Assembly: GCA_963674865.2 (NCBI GenBank)
Contig: CAXXYE010000006.1
Coordinates: 128,001 to 192,000 of the forward strand
Origin: Candidatus Hydrogenedentota bacterium
Lineage (GTDB): Bacteria; Hydrogenedentota; Hydrogenedentia; Hydrogenedentales; SLHB01
DNA: 64,000 nucleotides
Direction: 5' to 3'
Part shown: positions 1 through 10,692 of the stretch, in pieces
How positions within the stretch are numbered: the first letter of the stretch is position 1
Layout of the letters: every line of letters starts with the position of its first letter
Program-made: the position numbers and the translations under genes
The notes under the pieces: generated by a model
What the model saw: the letters and a program-made list of their open reading frames with translations, nothing else
The model's database searches: none
Told to the model about the DNA's origin: nothing

Positions 1-1251
1 CCGCCGTCTCCCGCCGATGGCGAGGCGCTGCGCGAACTCGCCATCGCCATACATTGGGACGGGGAAGCCGAGCCAAGCGTCTGGGCGCCCCTCGGCGACT
101 TCTTCGGCACAGCCGCCGGGGCGAATGCATATCGCTCCCTGCCTCTGGGATTGACGGACGACGGCTGGTGGTATTGCTACTGGTACATGCCCTTCGCCCA
201 GGCCGCCGACGTGGTGCTCACAAATGACGGCGCCGAAGCCCGGGATATCACCTGTGAGGTGACGCATGCGCCCCTGACACGGCCCATCGAATCCCTGGGC
301 CGGTTCCACGCCAAGTGGCACCGCGATACCTTCCCGCCGCCGGAACCGGAGCGCGCCATCGACTGGAGCATGCTCCACACCACCGGACGGGGGCGCTACT
401 GCGGCGTCATGCTCCACGTCTGGAATCGCAAGGGCGGATGGTGGGGCGAAGGCGACGAGAAGTTCTTTGTCGACGGCGAGCGCTTTCCCTCGACTTTCGG
501 CACCGGCTCGGAGGACTATTTCGGATACGCCTGGTGCAATCCCGCGCTCTTTCAGCACGCCTATCACAACCAGACCATTTCCATGGGAAACAAGGGCCAC
601 GTTTCCGTAAACCGTTGGCATATATCAGATAACGTGCCTTTCCAAACGGCCTTTGACGGCTACATCGAGAAGTACTTCCCCAACGTCCGCCCCACCCTCT
701 TCGCATGCACCGCCTACTGGTACCTGGCGCCGGGCGGCAGCGATCCCTACAAGGCGGCGACGCTCAATGAGCGCGTATCGTACTGCCCCTGGAGCGGGCC
801 GCCGCCAACTTTCGTCGCCAAGGACGTCATCGAGGCCGAGACGATCCGCCTTCTCAAGAGGACGGCGGGCATGTCGCACCAGCAGAACATGTCCGCATTC
901 GAGGGCGAGTGGAGCCGCGACACGCAGATGTGGTGGGTTGACGCCAAACCTGGCGACTGCGTCGACTTGGCCCTGCCCGTCGAGGCGGCGGGGCGCTACA
1001 CCATTGCCGCGTGCTTCACCAAGGCCCGCGATTACGGCATCATCCGCGTCCTGCTTGACGGACGCGAACTCAACGGCCCCATCGACCTCTACAATGAAAG
1101 CGTGCAGCTCTACGGCCCCATCGACCTTGGCACAAGCGACCTCACCGCCGGCGATCACGTCCTCACCATCGAGATCACCGGCGCCAACCGCAAAGCCATC
1201 CGCGCCTACATGGTCGGCATCGACTACCTCAAGCTGACACCTGTCGAGTAG
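1..1251 (+). CDS. DUF2961/GH172-family glycoside hydrolase with C-terminal carbohydrate-binding-like domain (5' truncated by window edge)
   Basis: Frame is open from base 1 (…IHWDGEAEPSVWAPLGDFFG…); WWGEGDEKFFVDGE and GTGSEDYF motifs; C-terminal beta-rich module. Confidence 0.85.
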   Translation, partial: PPSPADGEALRELAIAIHWDGEAEPSVWAPLGDFFGTAAGANAYRSLPLGLTDDGWWYCYWYMPFAQAADVVLTNDGAEARDITCEVTHAPLTRPIESLGRFHAKWHRDTFPPPEPERAIDWSMLHTTGRGRYCGVMLHVWNRKGGWWGEGDEKFFVDGERFPSTFGTGSEDYFGYAWCNPALFQHAYHNQTISMGNKGHVSVNRWHISDNVPFQTAFDGYIEKYFPNVRPTLFACTAYWYLAPGGSDPYKAATLNERVSYCPWSGPPPTFVAKDVIEAETIRLLKRTAGMSHQQNMSAFEGEWSRDTQMWWVDAKPGDCVDLALPVEAAGRYTIAACFTKARDYGIIRVLLDGRELNGPIDLYNESVQLYGPIDLGTSDLTAGDHVLTIEITGANRKAIRAYMVGIDYLKLTPVE

Positions 1252-1302
1252 GGCGCAGCGGGCGGACCGTGCTCGCCGTCAAGTGAACGTCTGCCTGGGA
1301 AA

Positions 1303-1311
1303 TGGTAGAAT
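1303..1311 (+). promoter_or_regulatory. Putative extended -10 promoter of the rel-uvrB operon
   Basis: TGGTAGAAT about 55 nt upstream of the ATG at 1366. Confidence 0.45.
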
Positions 1312-1365
1312 GACAAGGTTAATGGCCTCTGACGCGGGCGGATTGTTGGGCTGTGGGACGGTAGC

Positions 1366-3393
1366 ATGCCGACGGCGAATATCATACGGACTGAGTTCAC
1401 GAAGTTTCTGAAGCAGCTTCGGAAGATGCTGCCGGGGGCGGATCTTGAGCTGGTTCGTCATGCGTACCGGGTGGCCAATCAGGCCCATCAGGGGCAGATG
1501 CGGCGTTCGGGGGATCCTCATGTATCGCATTGCATCGCCGTGGCTAAGTGTTTGTCCAGTCTTGAGTTGGACTTGACCACCATCGCGGCGGCGCTGCTTC
1601 ACGACGTGCTTGAAGACACGGATTTCGGCCTGCCGGCCCTTCGCGAGGAGTTCGGCGATGAGATCGCCCAGCTCGTGGACGGCGTCACGAAGATCGGCGC
1701 CTTGAAGGTGACGTCGACTGCCCCGGTATCGACAGCCGAGAAGCAGGCGCAGAACCTGCGCAAGATGCTGGTGGCCACGGCGCAGGATATCCGCGTCATC
1801 CTTATCAAGCTGGCGGATCGGCTGCATAACATGCGCACCATTGAGTTCCTGCCGGAGGAGAAGGTCCAGCGCATCTCGCGGGAGACTTTGGACATCTACG
1901 CCCCGCTGGCGAGCCGGCTCGGTATCGCGCGGTGGCGGTGGGAACTCGAGGATCACGCGTTTCACCATTTGAATCCGGTGGAATACCACGAGATGGCGGG
2001 CCGTGTGGCCATGAAGCGCCGGGAGCGGGAGGCAGCGCTGAAGGATGCCATCGCGTATATCGAAAAGCCCCTGGCCGAGGCCGAGGTGGCGGCACGCGTG
2101 ATCGGCCGCCCGAAGCATCTATACAGCATCTATCGGAAGATGGTTGAACAGGGCAAGGATTTCGACGAAGTGATGGATATCCTGGCCTTGCGAATCGTCA
2201 CGCAGACGGTGACGGGATGCTACAACGCCCTGGGCGTCGTGCACCATCTCTGGACGCCGGTGCCGGGCCGGTTCAAAGACTACATCGCCATGCCGAAGGC
2301 GAACATGTACCAGTCGATCCACACGACGGTTATGCGTGAGAACGGCATGCCCCTCGAGATCCAGATCCGCACCGAGGAGATGGATCGAACCGCGCGGGAA
2401 GGCATCGCCGCGCACTGGAAATACAAGGAAGGCGCCGAGAAGGCCGATCGCAAGCTCGAGAGCCATTTGAACTGGCTCAAGCAGATGTACAGTTGGCTTC
2501 AAGATGCGCACGCGCCGGAGGAGTTGCTCGACAGTGTGCGCCGGGATTTCCGGCCCTCGGACGTGTACGTCTTCACGCCGAAGGGCGAGGTCAAGGAGAT
2601 TCCCATCGGGGCAACGCCGCTCGACTTCGCCTACATGATCCACTCCGAGATCGGACATCACTGCATCGGCGCGCGCGTCAACGGACGGATGGTTCCGCTG
2701 CGCTACAATCTCCAGACGGGAGACGTCGTCGAGATCCTGACCTCGAAGAACCAGACGCCTCACCTCGACTGGGTCGACTCGGTGGTAACAGGGCGGGCGC
2801 GAACCAAGATCCGGCAGCGTCTCCGCGAACTGGGCGACCTCGATCCTCTGCCTGAGGTGCCGAAGCCGGTGGTGCCTCAGCCGCCGCCTGAGCCGAAGTT
2901 CAAAGTGCGGCACGTGGATGATGCAACCCGGGAGTCCCTTATCCGGATCGAAGGTTCAAAGGGAATGGTGGTCCAGTTCGCCAAGTGCTGCAATCCGATG
3001 CCGGGGCAGCCTGTCGTGGGCTATGCCACCAAGAATCCGGGCATCACGATTCACCGAGCGGACTGCAAGACGTTCGCGAGCAGCAAACGCGATCCGCGCC
3101 GCGTCATCCACGCCTCGTGGGAGGGCGAAGAGATGTTCGAGATGGGCGTGCAGGTGAAGATCGGCCAGCGCCCGAACGTGTTGGCCGACATAACGAACGC
3201 CATACGCCCCATGAACATCAGCATTACCCGCGCCTTGTTCCGCGAAGGCGATAACGGGGACAGCTACTTCGATTTCATTTTCGAGTCGTCGGATCAGCAC
3301 AGCGCGGATCGCGTCGTGCGGACATTGCTTACCGTGGCGGGCGTTACCGAAGCCAAGACGCTGTCCGTCACACAACTTCCCGACATGCGATAG
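1366..3393 (+). CDS. rel: Bifunctional (p)ppGpp synthetase/hydrolase (RelA/SpoT family)
   Basis: Intact HD motif LHDVLEDT, IKLADRLHNMRT, RFKDY, YQSIHTT, EIQIRT; TGS domain (VFTPKG, TPLDFAY), AKCCNP, ACT-like tail. Confidence 0.96.
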   Translation: MPTANIIRTEFTKFLKQLRKMLPGADLELVRHAYRVANQAHQGQMRRSGDPHVSHCIAVAKCLSSLELDLTTIAAALLHDVLEDTDFGLPALREEFGDEIAQLVDGVTKIGALKVTSTAPVSTAEKQAQNLRKMLVATAQDIRVILIKLADRLHNMRTIEFLPEEKVQRISRETLDIYAPLASRLGIARWRWELEDHAFHHLNPVEYHEMAGRVAMKRREREAALKDAIAYIEKPLAEAEVAARVIGRPKHLYSIYRKMVEQGKDFDEVMDILALRIVTQTVTGCYNALGVVHHLWTPVPGRFKDYIAMPKANMYQSIHTTVMRENGMPLEIQIRTEEMDRTAREGIAAHWKYKEGAEKADRKLESHLNWLKQMYSWLQDAHAPEELLDSVRRDFRPSDVYVFTPKGEVKEIPIGATPLDFAYMIHSEIGHHCIGARVNGRMVPLRYNLQTGDVVEILTSKNQTPHLDWVDSVVTGRARTKIRQRLRELGDLDPLPEVPKPVVPQPPPEPKFKVRHVDDATRESLIRIEGSKGMVVQFAKCCNPMPGQPVVGYATKNPGITIHRADCKTFASSKRDPRRVIHASWEGEEMFEMGVQVKIGQRPNVLADITNAIRPMNISITRALFREGDNGDSYFDFIFESSDQHSADRVVRTLLTVAGVTEAKTLSVTQLPDMR

Positions 3394-3399
3394 ACGCCG

Positions 3400-5403
3400 A
3401 TGGAACGGTTCCGGCTGGTAAGCGATTTCGCGCCCGAGGGGGATCAGCCGCAGGCCATCCGGGAACTGGCAGCAGGCCTTCGCGAAGAACTGCCGCATCA
3501 GGTGCTGCTCGGCGTCACAGGCTCGGGCAAAACGTTCACCATCGCCAACGTCGTCGCCGAAGTCAACCGCCCCGCCCTCGTCATCGCCCCTAACAAGATC
3601 CTGGCCGCCCAGCTCTACGGCGAGTTTAAGCAACTGTTCCCGGAGAACGCCGTCGAGTATTTCGTCAGTTACTACGACTACTACCAGCCCGAGGCGTATG
3701 TCCCCCAAACCGACACGTATATCGAGAAGGACGCCTCGATCAACGACGAAATCGACAAGATGCGGCACGCGGCGACGCGGGCACTGATCACTCGGCGCGA
3801 CTGCCTCATCGTGGCCAGCGTCTCCTGCATCTACGGCATCGGGTCGCCGGACACGTACAGCGGCCTCCGGGTGGAACTCGAGCCGGGCGCCACCTATCCA
3901 CGGGAAGACCTCATCGCGGGGCTGGTGGCCATGCAATATGAGCGAAATGACGTCGACTTCCACCGGGGCACGTTCCGTGTGCGTGGTGATATCGTGGACG
4001 TTTTTCCCTCCTACGAAGCCGACATCGCCGTTCGGGTCGAGTTCTTCGGCGACGAAGTCGAATCCCTCAGCGAGATCGACCCCCTGCGTGGGACGACGGC
4101 GCGCCGGCTTCGGCGCACAGCGATCTACCCGGGCACGCATTACGCTACCACCGCCGATACGCTTCAACGGGCAATACGCGCTATCGAATTGGAGTTGGAA
4201 GGACGGCTCAAGGAACTGCGGGGCGACAACAAAGAGTTGTACGCCCAGCGGCTGGAGCAGCGCACCCGCTTCGATCTGGAGATGCTCCAGGAGATCGGAT
4301 ATTGCTCGGGAATCGAGAATTACTCCCGCCATCTCGATGGGCGGATGCCGGGTGAGCCGCCGTACACGCTCATCAACTACTTCCCGGAGGACGCGCTGAT
4401 CATCATCGATGAGAGCCATATCACCGTCCCCCAACTCGAAGCGATGTATAAGGGGGATCGCTCGCGGAAGGACAAGCTCGTCGAGTACGGATTCCGCCTG
4501 CCGTGCGCACGGGATAACCGGCCGCTGCGTTTTCCCGAGTTCGAGGACTTTCCCCAGCAGCGCATCTACGTCAGCGCGACGCCGAGAGACTACGAACTCA
4601 AGGCCAGCGAAGGTTTGATCGTCGAGCAGGTTGTCCGGCCTACCGGCCTCGTGGACCCTGAAGTCGAGATACGGCCCGCGGCGAACCAAGTGGACGACTT
4701 GCTCGATGAGGTCCGGGCGCGTGCCAAGCGTGGTGAACGCGCGCTTGTCACCACGCTCACGAAGCGGATGGCCGAGGATCTCACTGAGTACTACCGCGAC
4801 CTGGGGGTCCGCGTCCGCTACATGCACTCCGATGTCGAAACCCTCGAGCGTATCGAATTGATCCGAGCATTGCGCAAGGGTGAATTCGATGTCTTGGTAG
4901 GCATCAACCTGCTTCGAGAGGGCCTGGACCTTCCGGAAGTTTCTCTAGTGGCCATCCTGGACGCCGACAAGGAAGGTTATTTGCGATCGGAAACCAGCCT
5001 TATCCAAACCTGCGGGCGCGCGGCACGAAATGTCCACGGGCGGGTGGTAATGTACGCGGAAGGCGAGACGGGCTCGATGCAACGAGCCATTGCCGAAATG
5101 ACGCGCCGCCGGGATAGGCAACTCGCGTACAATGAGGAACACCGTATCACGCCACGCTCCGTTGAGAAGTCGATTCCCGACCTGCTCGAGAGCATTCACG
5201 AGCGTGATTATGTGACTGTCTCGACGGCCGCGGAGGACGAGGACTTGTACGTCGCCGGAGCAGAATTGCCGAAGGCCCTGCGTCGTCTCAAGAGGCTCAT
5301 GAAGGAGGCGGCCGGCAAGATGGAGTTCGAGAAGGCAGCCGAGTACCGGGATCGTGTCCGCGCACTTGAGCAGCGTCAAATCGAGGAGGGGCTATCGTCG
5401 TGA
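3400..5403 (+). CDS. uvrB: Excinuclease ABC subunit B
   Basis: [44 protein letters not shown]-terminal UVR domain. Confidence 0.98.
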   Translation: MERFRLVSDFAPEGDQPQAIRELAAGLREELPHQVLLGVTGSGKTFTIANVVAEVNRPALVIAPNKILAAQLYGEFKQLFPENAVEYFVSYYDYYQPEAYVPQTDTYIEKDASINDEIDKMRHAATRALITRRDCLIVASVSCIYGIGSPDTYSGLRVELEPGATYPREDLIAGLVAMQYERNDVDFHRGTFRVRGDIVDVFPSYEADIAVRVEFFGDEVESLSEIDPLRGTTARRLRRTAIYPGTHYATTADTLQRAIRAIELELEGRLKELRGDNKELYAQRLEQRTRFDLEMLQEIGYCSGIENYSRHLDGRMPGEPPYTLINYFPEDALIIIDESHITVPQLEAMYKGDRSRKDKLVEYGFRLPCARDNRPLRFPEFEDFPQQRIYVSATPRDYELKASEGLIVEQVVRPTGLVDPEVEIRPAANQVDDLLDEVRARAKRGERALVTTLTKRMAEDLTEYYRDLGVRVRYMHSDVETLERIELIRALRKGEFDVLVGINLLREGLDLPEVSLVAILDADKEGYLRSETSLIQTCGRAARNVHGRVVMYAEGETGSMQRAIAEMTRRRDRQLAYNEEHRITPRSVEKSIPDLLESIHERDYVTVSTAAEDEDLYVAGAELPKALRRLKRLMKEAAGKMEFEKAAEYRDRVRALEQRQIEEGLSS

Positions 5404-7466
5404 TAAAACGCAAGTGCGCGAGGAGAAATACGAGCAGAACTCCTTCCGCTGGCGTGTTTCTGGTTGTCGCCTTGGCGGTGGCGACAATCTGCCTGGGATC
5501 GGGGGCGTCGGCGCAGCAAGAAGACAACGCAGGGCTGGCCGACGCGGTAGATCGTCCGGCGGAACTGCCCCAGGGCGCGCTCGAATCAGAAGATGATGAA
5601 GCGGGGCCGACATTCAGCCTGGCCGATCGCGTTGCTCAATTGATGATCGCTACCCTCAGCGGGCGCAATGGCCCCAACGCCGAGGATCAGGAACTGCTCA
5701 AGGAGTATCATCCGGGCGGCGTGGTGGTGCCTCCCGGCTTGGCGCCGAAAGCCGCGGTTGACTACGTCATTAAGCTCCACGCTCTAAGTGATGAGCGCGT
5801 GTCAGGACTGCCCCTGTTGGTAGGAACCAGGCCGCACGGGCCGCTCGATCCGACTCCGGGCGCCCCCAATGCCCCCCCCCCCTTCCCGTCCCTGCTAAGC
5901 GTGGCAGCCGCGAATAACTCGGCCACGACTCAACGGTTTGCGGAGGTCACAGCATCCTACCTGTCCGCCCTCGGATACAATCTGCACTTAGGCCCTTCAT
6001 TGGCGCTCGCCCCTGAACTCGAGGGGGCGGCCGGCAGCATCCACTGCCTCGGAAGCTCACCAGAGTTCATCGCCGACGCCGGCGCGACGATTCTCAGTGT
6101 CCTCAAAGAGGAGGGCATTTTGAGCGCACCCATGGATTTCCCCGGTGGGAGCTGGAATCATCATGATAATGAGCGCGCCGTCCTTTTGACGCCGAGGCCG
6201 TACCTGGCCGAGAAGGACCTCGCCCCGTGGCGACGGGTTATCGAAGTCGGCGCGCCGCTCATTCACGTCGGAAACGTCTTGGCGCCGACTATTGATGTGC
6301 GCAGCCAGCCGGCATCGCTCTCCGACGCGGTCATAACTGACCTTCTTCGGAATGAACTCGGCTATGAGGGGGTTATCCTGGCCGGGCCGATGGATTCCCG
6401 CGATATCTTGCAGCAGTACAATCCCGTCGAGGCGGCCATGGTAGCCCTCAGCGCCGGCGCCGACATGATCTATTGGGAACAGCCCGGGCGGCACGCGGCG
6501 CGAACGATTGACCGCATCGTCCAGGCCGTCAGCGAGAACAAACTCAGCGAAGCAATCATCGATGCGGCGTTTGAGCGCGTACGCCGGATGAAGGGGAAGG
6601 CCGGCCTGCTCGAGCGGCCACTGCCTACCGAGGACGCCGCCCCAAAAGCGATGGAGAACAAAGAATACGGCCAGGCCATGCTTGATACGGCACGCAAATC
6701 ACTCACGCTGGTGCATAACCAGGGCGGGGTGCTTCCCCTAACTCGGAAGGACTCCTCGCCGGTCTTCATCACGGGCACCACCGATGTCGACCCTCTTATT
6801 GACGCCCTCGCCAAGCCCCTCAAGCACGCCAGCGGGATCGAGATGGCTACGGCAAAGCACTTCGGCGAAGTCCAGGAATTCGAGGCCAGGCGCATCACGA
6901 CGCTGGCAGCGGGCTCTCGGACTGTCGTGTGCGTATTGACGCCGATGCGGCGGCATGCCGGCGAAGTCACACTCATCGAGGAGCTGAAAAAGGCCCACCA
7001 CAACGTCGTGGTCGTTCTCTTTGGATATCCGGCTCACTTGAGCGAGTTGGCCAAAGCTGACGCAGTACTCCTCACATACGCCGAAGGGGGACTCGACACG
7101 GCGAACACGCGCGCCATTGTAGATGTCCTCACGGGAGAGAGTCCGGCGCGTGTCCTTCAGCCGGTTCGACCTCTGCGCCTCGAGGCAGGGAAATCTGCTC
7201 GTTTCGACATGACGGCGGTCGTCTGTTGCCCCGGCGGAATGTTGCCGGTGAATCTGGAGGATCCCTTCACATTCGGCTATTCCGTGTCGTACGACCCGTC
7301 GGCCTCCGTCACACACGTGGCCTGGGACTTCGGGGACGGAAAGCGCGTGAAAGCGTCCCAAGTGGAACACGCGTACGAGCAGCCAGGCGAGTACAGCATC
7401 ACCTTGGCCGTCACGGACTGCCTGGGCCAAGAGTCATCCGCCGTCTTCAAGGTCGAAGTCCGGTAG
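5400..7466 (+). CDS. Secreted GH3 (NagZ-like) fold protein with C-terminal PKD domain; catalytic motifs degenerate
   Basis: Signal peptide; PASLS…[15 protein letters not shown] and AGADMI GH3 patterns; WDFGDG…[20 protein letters not shown] motif. Confidence 0.8.
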   Translation: MIKRKCARRNTSRTPSAGVFLVVALAVATICLGSGASAQQEDNAGLADAVDRPAELPQGALESEDDEAGPTFSLADRVAQLMIATLSGRNGPNAEDQELLKEYHPGGVVVPPGLAPKAAVDYVIKLHALSDERVSGLPLLVGTRPHGPLDPTPGAPNAPPPFPSLLSVAAANNSATTQRFAEVTASYLSALGYNLHLGPSLALAPELEGAAGSIHCLGSSPEFIADAGATILSVLKEEGILSAPMDFPGGSWNHHDNERAVLLTPRPYLAEKDLAPWRRVIEVGAPLIHVGNVLAPTIDVRSQPASLSDAVITDLLRNELGYEGVILAGPMDSRDILQQYNPVEAAMVALSAGADMIYWEQPGRHAARTIDRIVQAVSENKLSEAIIDAAFERVRRMKGKAGLLERPLPTEDAAPKAMENKEYGQAMLDTARKSLTLVHNQGGVLPLTRKDSSPVFITGTTDVDPLIDALAKPLKHASGIEMATAKHFGEVQEFEARRITTLAAGSRTVVCVLTPMRRHAGEVTLIEELKKAHHNVVVVLFGYPAHLSELAKADAVLLTYAEGGLDTANTRAIVDVLTGESPARVLQPVRPLRLEAGKSARFDMTAVVCCPGGMLPVNLEDPFTFGYSVSYDPSASVTHVAWDFGDGKRVKASQVEHAYEQPGEYSITLAVTDCLGQESSAVFKVEVR

Positions 7467-7483
7467 GGGACGCCAGATTCTCC

Positions 7484-8941
7484 TCACTCAACGGGAGAAG
7501 GATTGATTGTCCCAAGCGCTTTTTCGAGCGCGGCATGCGCGACGGCGTACTCCCGCAGAGCATGATCTAGGCCGGTTTGGGCGTTGGTGAGCGCAAGCTG
7601 GGCGTCTAGTATCTCAGCCTGTGTACCCACGCCTTCCTGAAACCGCAACTCCGCGAGACGCAGCCCTTCGGTGCCCAGCGCCACCGTTCCCTTTTCGCTG
7701 CGGATTTTGGCGATGGCATCTTGAACCTGAATGTAGGCGCTGTTGACGTCCAACTCGACAAGCCGCTTGACGTCTTCTAGCTGGTACTCCAGGCTGCGCA
7801 GGCTTGCTTTCGCCTCCGCCACCTCGTTCTTGCGGCGCAAACCGGAGAAGAGCTCCCACTCACCGCCGATGGTGTACGTCCAGCCTTCGGGAACCATTTG
7901 GCCGCCCCCATCCAGGTTCGTCCATTCAGCGCCGGCCGCCACACGCGGGAGGTATTGGCCGCGTGTACGGCGGACGTTCTGCTCGGACGCGGCAATGCCC
8001 GCCTCAAGGGCCCGGACTTCGGGCCGTCGGGACCAGGCGTCCTCAACCAACTCCTGCACCGTGGCTGTCAATTCGACCCATGCAAGTTCGCCCACAAGCC
8101 GCACCTCGGTGTCCTGCGGCACGAAGAGAACTCTACGGAGGTTGACGAGGGCCAGTCGCTCGATGTTTCGCGCGGCGACGGCGTCCGCCTTGCGCGCGCC
8201 CAACTCCGTCTTCGCGCGGAGTACCTCGAACTGGCTAATCATGCCGACGTCAAACATCTGCTCCGCATCGGTGAGGTGCCGCTGGAACGTGATCACGCTT
8301 TCCTCGGCCACCTGCACCAGCGCCTGTGCCAATAGACAATCGTAGTAAGCCTGTTTGGCATCGTAGGCCAGCGCGTCGAGCGTTGCCTGACGCTGCCACT
8401 CCTGTGACTCGGCGAGGTACTTCGAGGCCTTCACGGCCGCGCGAATCTGCCCACCCGCGAAGAGCACCTGTGAGATGCTCAACTGATCGCTGCGCATCTC
8501 TTCATCCCCGGTTAGCGCGCTCATCGGGACGAGCTTGCCGAGCATGCCTCCGAGCTCGGGCTGGTTGGTGCGCTGGTAGCCGGAGCTGGCCTTCACTTGC
8601 GGCATGAATTGCGCCCGTGCCTGCCCGGTGCGCGCGTGAGCCGCGGCCACGTCCTCGTCGGCCACCATGACGCGGGCGTTCTGAGCAAGGGCCATCTCCA
8701 CGCACTGACGGACATCGAGGAGCAACGCGTTGCCGGACGGCGCTTCGCCGGTTTTTGTGTCCGCGAGCGGCGAGGTATCAACGGCTTCGAGGACATCTCC
8801 CGCGCCTTCGAGTAGAGAGCCGGAGCTCCGCCCTTCAACTGCTCCCGGGGCCGCGGGAGGCTCAGGCCCTTCCTGGGCCACGGCGACAGAAGCCAAGAAC
8901 GCAATTACAAGGAGATTCATCCATTTCATGGCAAAATCCAT
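7484..8941 (-). CDS. TolC-family outer membrane efflux protein
   Basis: Signal peptide; two OEP repeats (AQFMPQV, GQYLPRV); RFQEGVGTQAEILDAQ. Confidence 0.9.
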   Translation of the reverse strand: MDFAMKWMNLLVIAFLASVAVAQEGPEPPAAPGAVEGRSSGSLLEGAGDVLEAVDTSPLADTKTGEAPSGNALLLDVRQCVEMALAQNARVMVADEDVAAAHARTGQARAQFMPQVKASSGYQRTNQPELGGMLGKLVPMSALTGDEEMRSDQLSISQVLFAGGQIRAAVKASKYLAESQEWQRQATLDALAYDAKQAYYDCLLAQALVQVAEESVITFQRHLTDAEQMFDVGMISQFEVLRAKTELGARKADAVAARNIERLALVNLRRVLFVPQDTEVRLVGELAWVELTATVQELVEDAWSRRPEVRALEAGIAASEQNVRRTRGQYLPRVAAGAEWTNLDGGGQMVPEGWTYTIGGEWELFSGLRRKNEVAEAKASLRSLEYQLEDVKRLVELDVNSAYIQVQDAIAKIRSEKGTVALGTEGLRLAELRFQEGVGTQAEILDAQLALTNAQTGLDHALREYAVAHAALEKALGTINPSPVE

Positions 8942-8972
8942 CCCGGGTTAGGTTGTTGTAGGCTCAAGCCAG

Positions 8973-9001
8973 ATGATACCTGCCCTCCATCAGGCAGTCA
9001 A
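8973..9001 (-). promoter_or_regulatory. Sigma70-type promoter for the TolC gene
   Basis: Minus strand TTGACT-N17-TATCAT. Confidence 0.55.
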
Positions 9002-9204
9002 AGGGATGAGAGGTGCGCGCCAACGTGGAAGGCTCTGTCGCTTCCCAACTATCTGGCGTCAGGACATCAACTCTGGTTCATGCGGCTGAGGGCTCGCCTC
9101 AACGGAAAAGAATCCACCGCAGTACAGAAAAGGCAGCGGTAAGGTAACACAAAAATAGGACCAAGCTCCCGGCGCCCCCGTTGCGTTGCGGCTCGCCCCC
9201 ATCT

Positions 9205-9234
9205 TTGCGCGCTTGTAAACGATCCCGGTATCAT
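9205..9234 (+). promoter_or_regulatory. Putative promoter for miaB-mtaB-larE
   Basis: TTGCGC-N18-TATCAT. Confidence 0.4.
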
Positions 9235-9348
9235 ACGGAGGCTTGGTTATGACAGAACCTCATGCGGCGCAAGACACTTACGGCGCTTTCCGTTTGACGC
9301 CGGGGCAGCGTCATCACACGAACGAAAGCACCACCGGTACGGGAGAAG

Positions 9349-10692
9349 ATGGCCGAGAAGGCATATATTTATACGTTCGGATGTCAGATGAACGAGCACG
9401 ACAGTGCCCGGATGATGGAGATGCTCGTGCGGAGCGGATACGAAGCCGCTAACACGCCAGCCGAAGCATCGCTCATCCTCGTTAACACCTGCTCGGTTCG
9501 GGCCAATCCGGAGAACAAAGTCTATAGCTTGTTGGGGCAGTTACGCCCCCTCAAAGAGCGGAATCCACGCCTCATCATCGGCGTTACCGGGTGCGTCGCG
9601 CAGCAGGCCGGGGGCGACATCCTCGCGCGGGAAGGCGCGGCGGACCTCGTGGTGGGCCCGGATCAGTTCTTCAGGCTTCCCGAGTTGCTTGAAGCCGTTC
9701 GCCGCGGGGAGCGCGTAGTGGCCACGGAATGGCGCGAGAAGACGGGCCAAGTACAGAACTTCATCCCGGATGAATGGATCGACGCGGGCCATGTCGATGG
9801 CTGCAAGGCCTATGTCGCCATCATGAAGGGCTGCAACAACTTCTGTAGCTTCTGCATCGTGCCGTACGTGCGGGGACGCGAGCTCAGCCGCGAATTCGGG
9901 AACATACTCGATGAGATCCGCGACCTCATCGCCAAGGGCGCTAAGGAGATCTGGCTGCTGGGGCAGAACGTGAACTCTTACAGGGCCGGCGAAACAGGAT
10001 TCCACGAGCTGCTGGACGCCGTATCTGGCCTCGACGGATTGGTGCGCCTGCGGTTCACATCGCCGCATCCGAAGGACTGGGACAACAGCCTTTCCGGCCT
10101 GATGGCCGCCCGCCCCGTCATCTGCAATCACCTCCACCTTCCGCTCCAGGCGGGCTCGGATCGCATCCTCCAGGCGATGCGCCGCCGCCACACGGCCCAG
10201 GAGTATCTCGAGAAGGCACTATACTTGCGTTCGGCAATTCCCGAAGTGGAGATCAGCACCGACCTTATCGTTGGATTTCCCGGCGAAACAGAGCAAGACT
10301 TCGAGAAAACGCTGCGCATGCTCGATGAGGTCCGCTTCAGTCAGGTTTATGCCTTCATGTACTCGCCGCGCCCAGGCACGAAGGCGGCCGAAATGGCGGA
10401 TTCCGTGCCGAAAGAGGTCAAATGGACTCGGCTTCAGCGCGTTTTGGCCCGGTACGAGAAATTGAATGCACAGGCGATGAGCCGTTACCTGGACACAGTG
10501 CAGTATGTACTTATCGAGGGGCCGGATCCGAAGCAGGCGGGGGCTATGCAGGGGCGCTCCGATGGAAACAGGCCGGTTACCGTGAAGGGTGACGGGCTTT
10601 GCGTGGGCGATCTCGTTCCCGTGCGGATCACCGAAGTCCGTCAGCACTCTCTTGAGGGCGAGGTCCCGGCCTCGCCGCGCTCCCATGCCTGA
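9349..10692 (+). CDS. miaB: tRNA-2-methylthio-N6-dimethylallyladenosine synthase
   Basis: TFGCQMNEHDS, NTCSVR, GCVAQ, CNNFCSFC radical SAM motif, FTSPHP, TRAM domain. Confidence 0.95.
   Translation: MAEKAYIYTFGCQMNEHDSARMMEMLVRSGYEAANTPAEASLILVNTCSVRANPENKVYSLLGQLRPLKERNPRLIIGVTGCVAQQAGGDILAREGAADLVVGPDQFFRLPELLEAVRRGERVVATEWREKTGQVQNFIPDEWIDAGHVDGCKAYVAIMKGCNNFCSFCIVPYVRGRELSREFGNILDEIRDLIAKGAKEIWLLGQNVNSYRAGETGFHELLDAVSGLDGLVRLRFTSPHPKDWDNSLSGLMAARPVICNHLHLPLQAGSDRILQAMRRRHTAQEYLEKALYLRSAIPEVEISTDLIVGFPGETEQDFEKTLRMLDEVRFSQVYAFMYSPRPGTKAAEMADSVPKEVKWTRLQRVLARYEKLNAQAMSRYLDTVQYVLIEGPDPKQAGAMQGRSDGNRPVTVKGDGLCVGDLVPVRITEVRQHSLEGEVPASPRSHA

Noticed and set aside
2956..4827. Long antisense ORFs (e.g. 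623 aa opposite uvrB; also opposite rel, the Na/Pi genes, the GH172 pair and the 999-aa gene)
   Set aside because: Shadow ORFs expected from high-GC codon bias opposite well-supported genes; no recognisable motifs
8942..9348. Riboswitch or ncRNA in the 400-bp tolC-miaB intergenic region
   Set aside because: No SAM, TPP, cobalamin or other consensus recognised; divergent promoters explain part of it
10589..10684. N-terminal extensions in the ORF track (mtaB, lptE, holA, mtnA, glgC, purH, wzt)
   Set aside because: Most extensions overlap upstream genes or leaders; downstream starts with RBS or stop/start coupling fit family N-termini better
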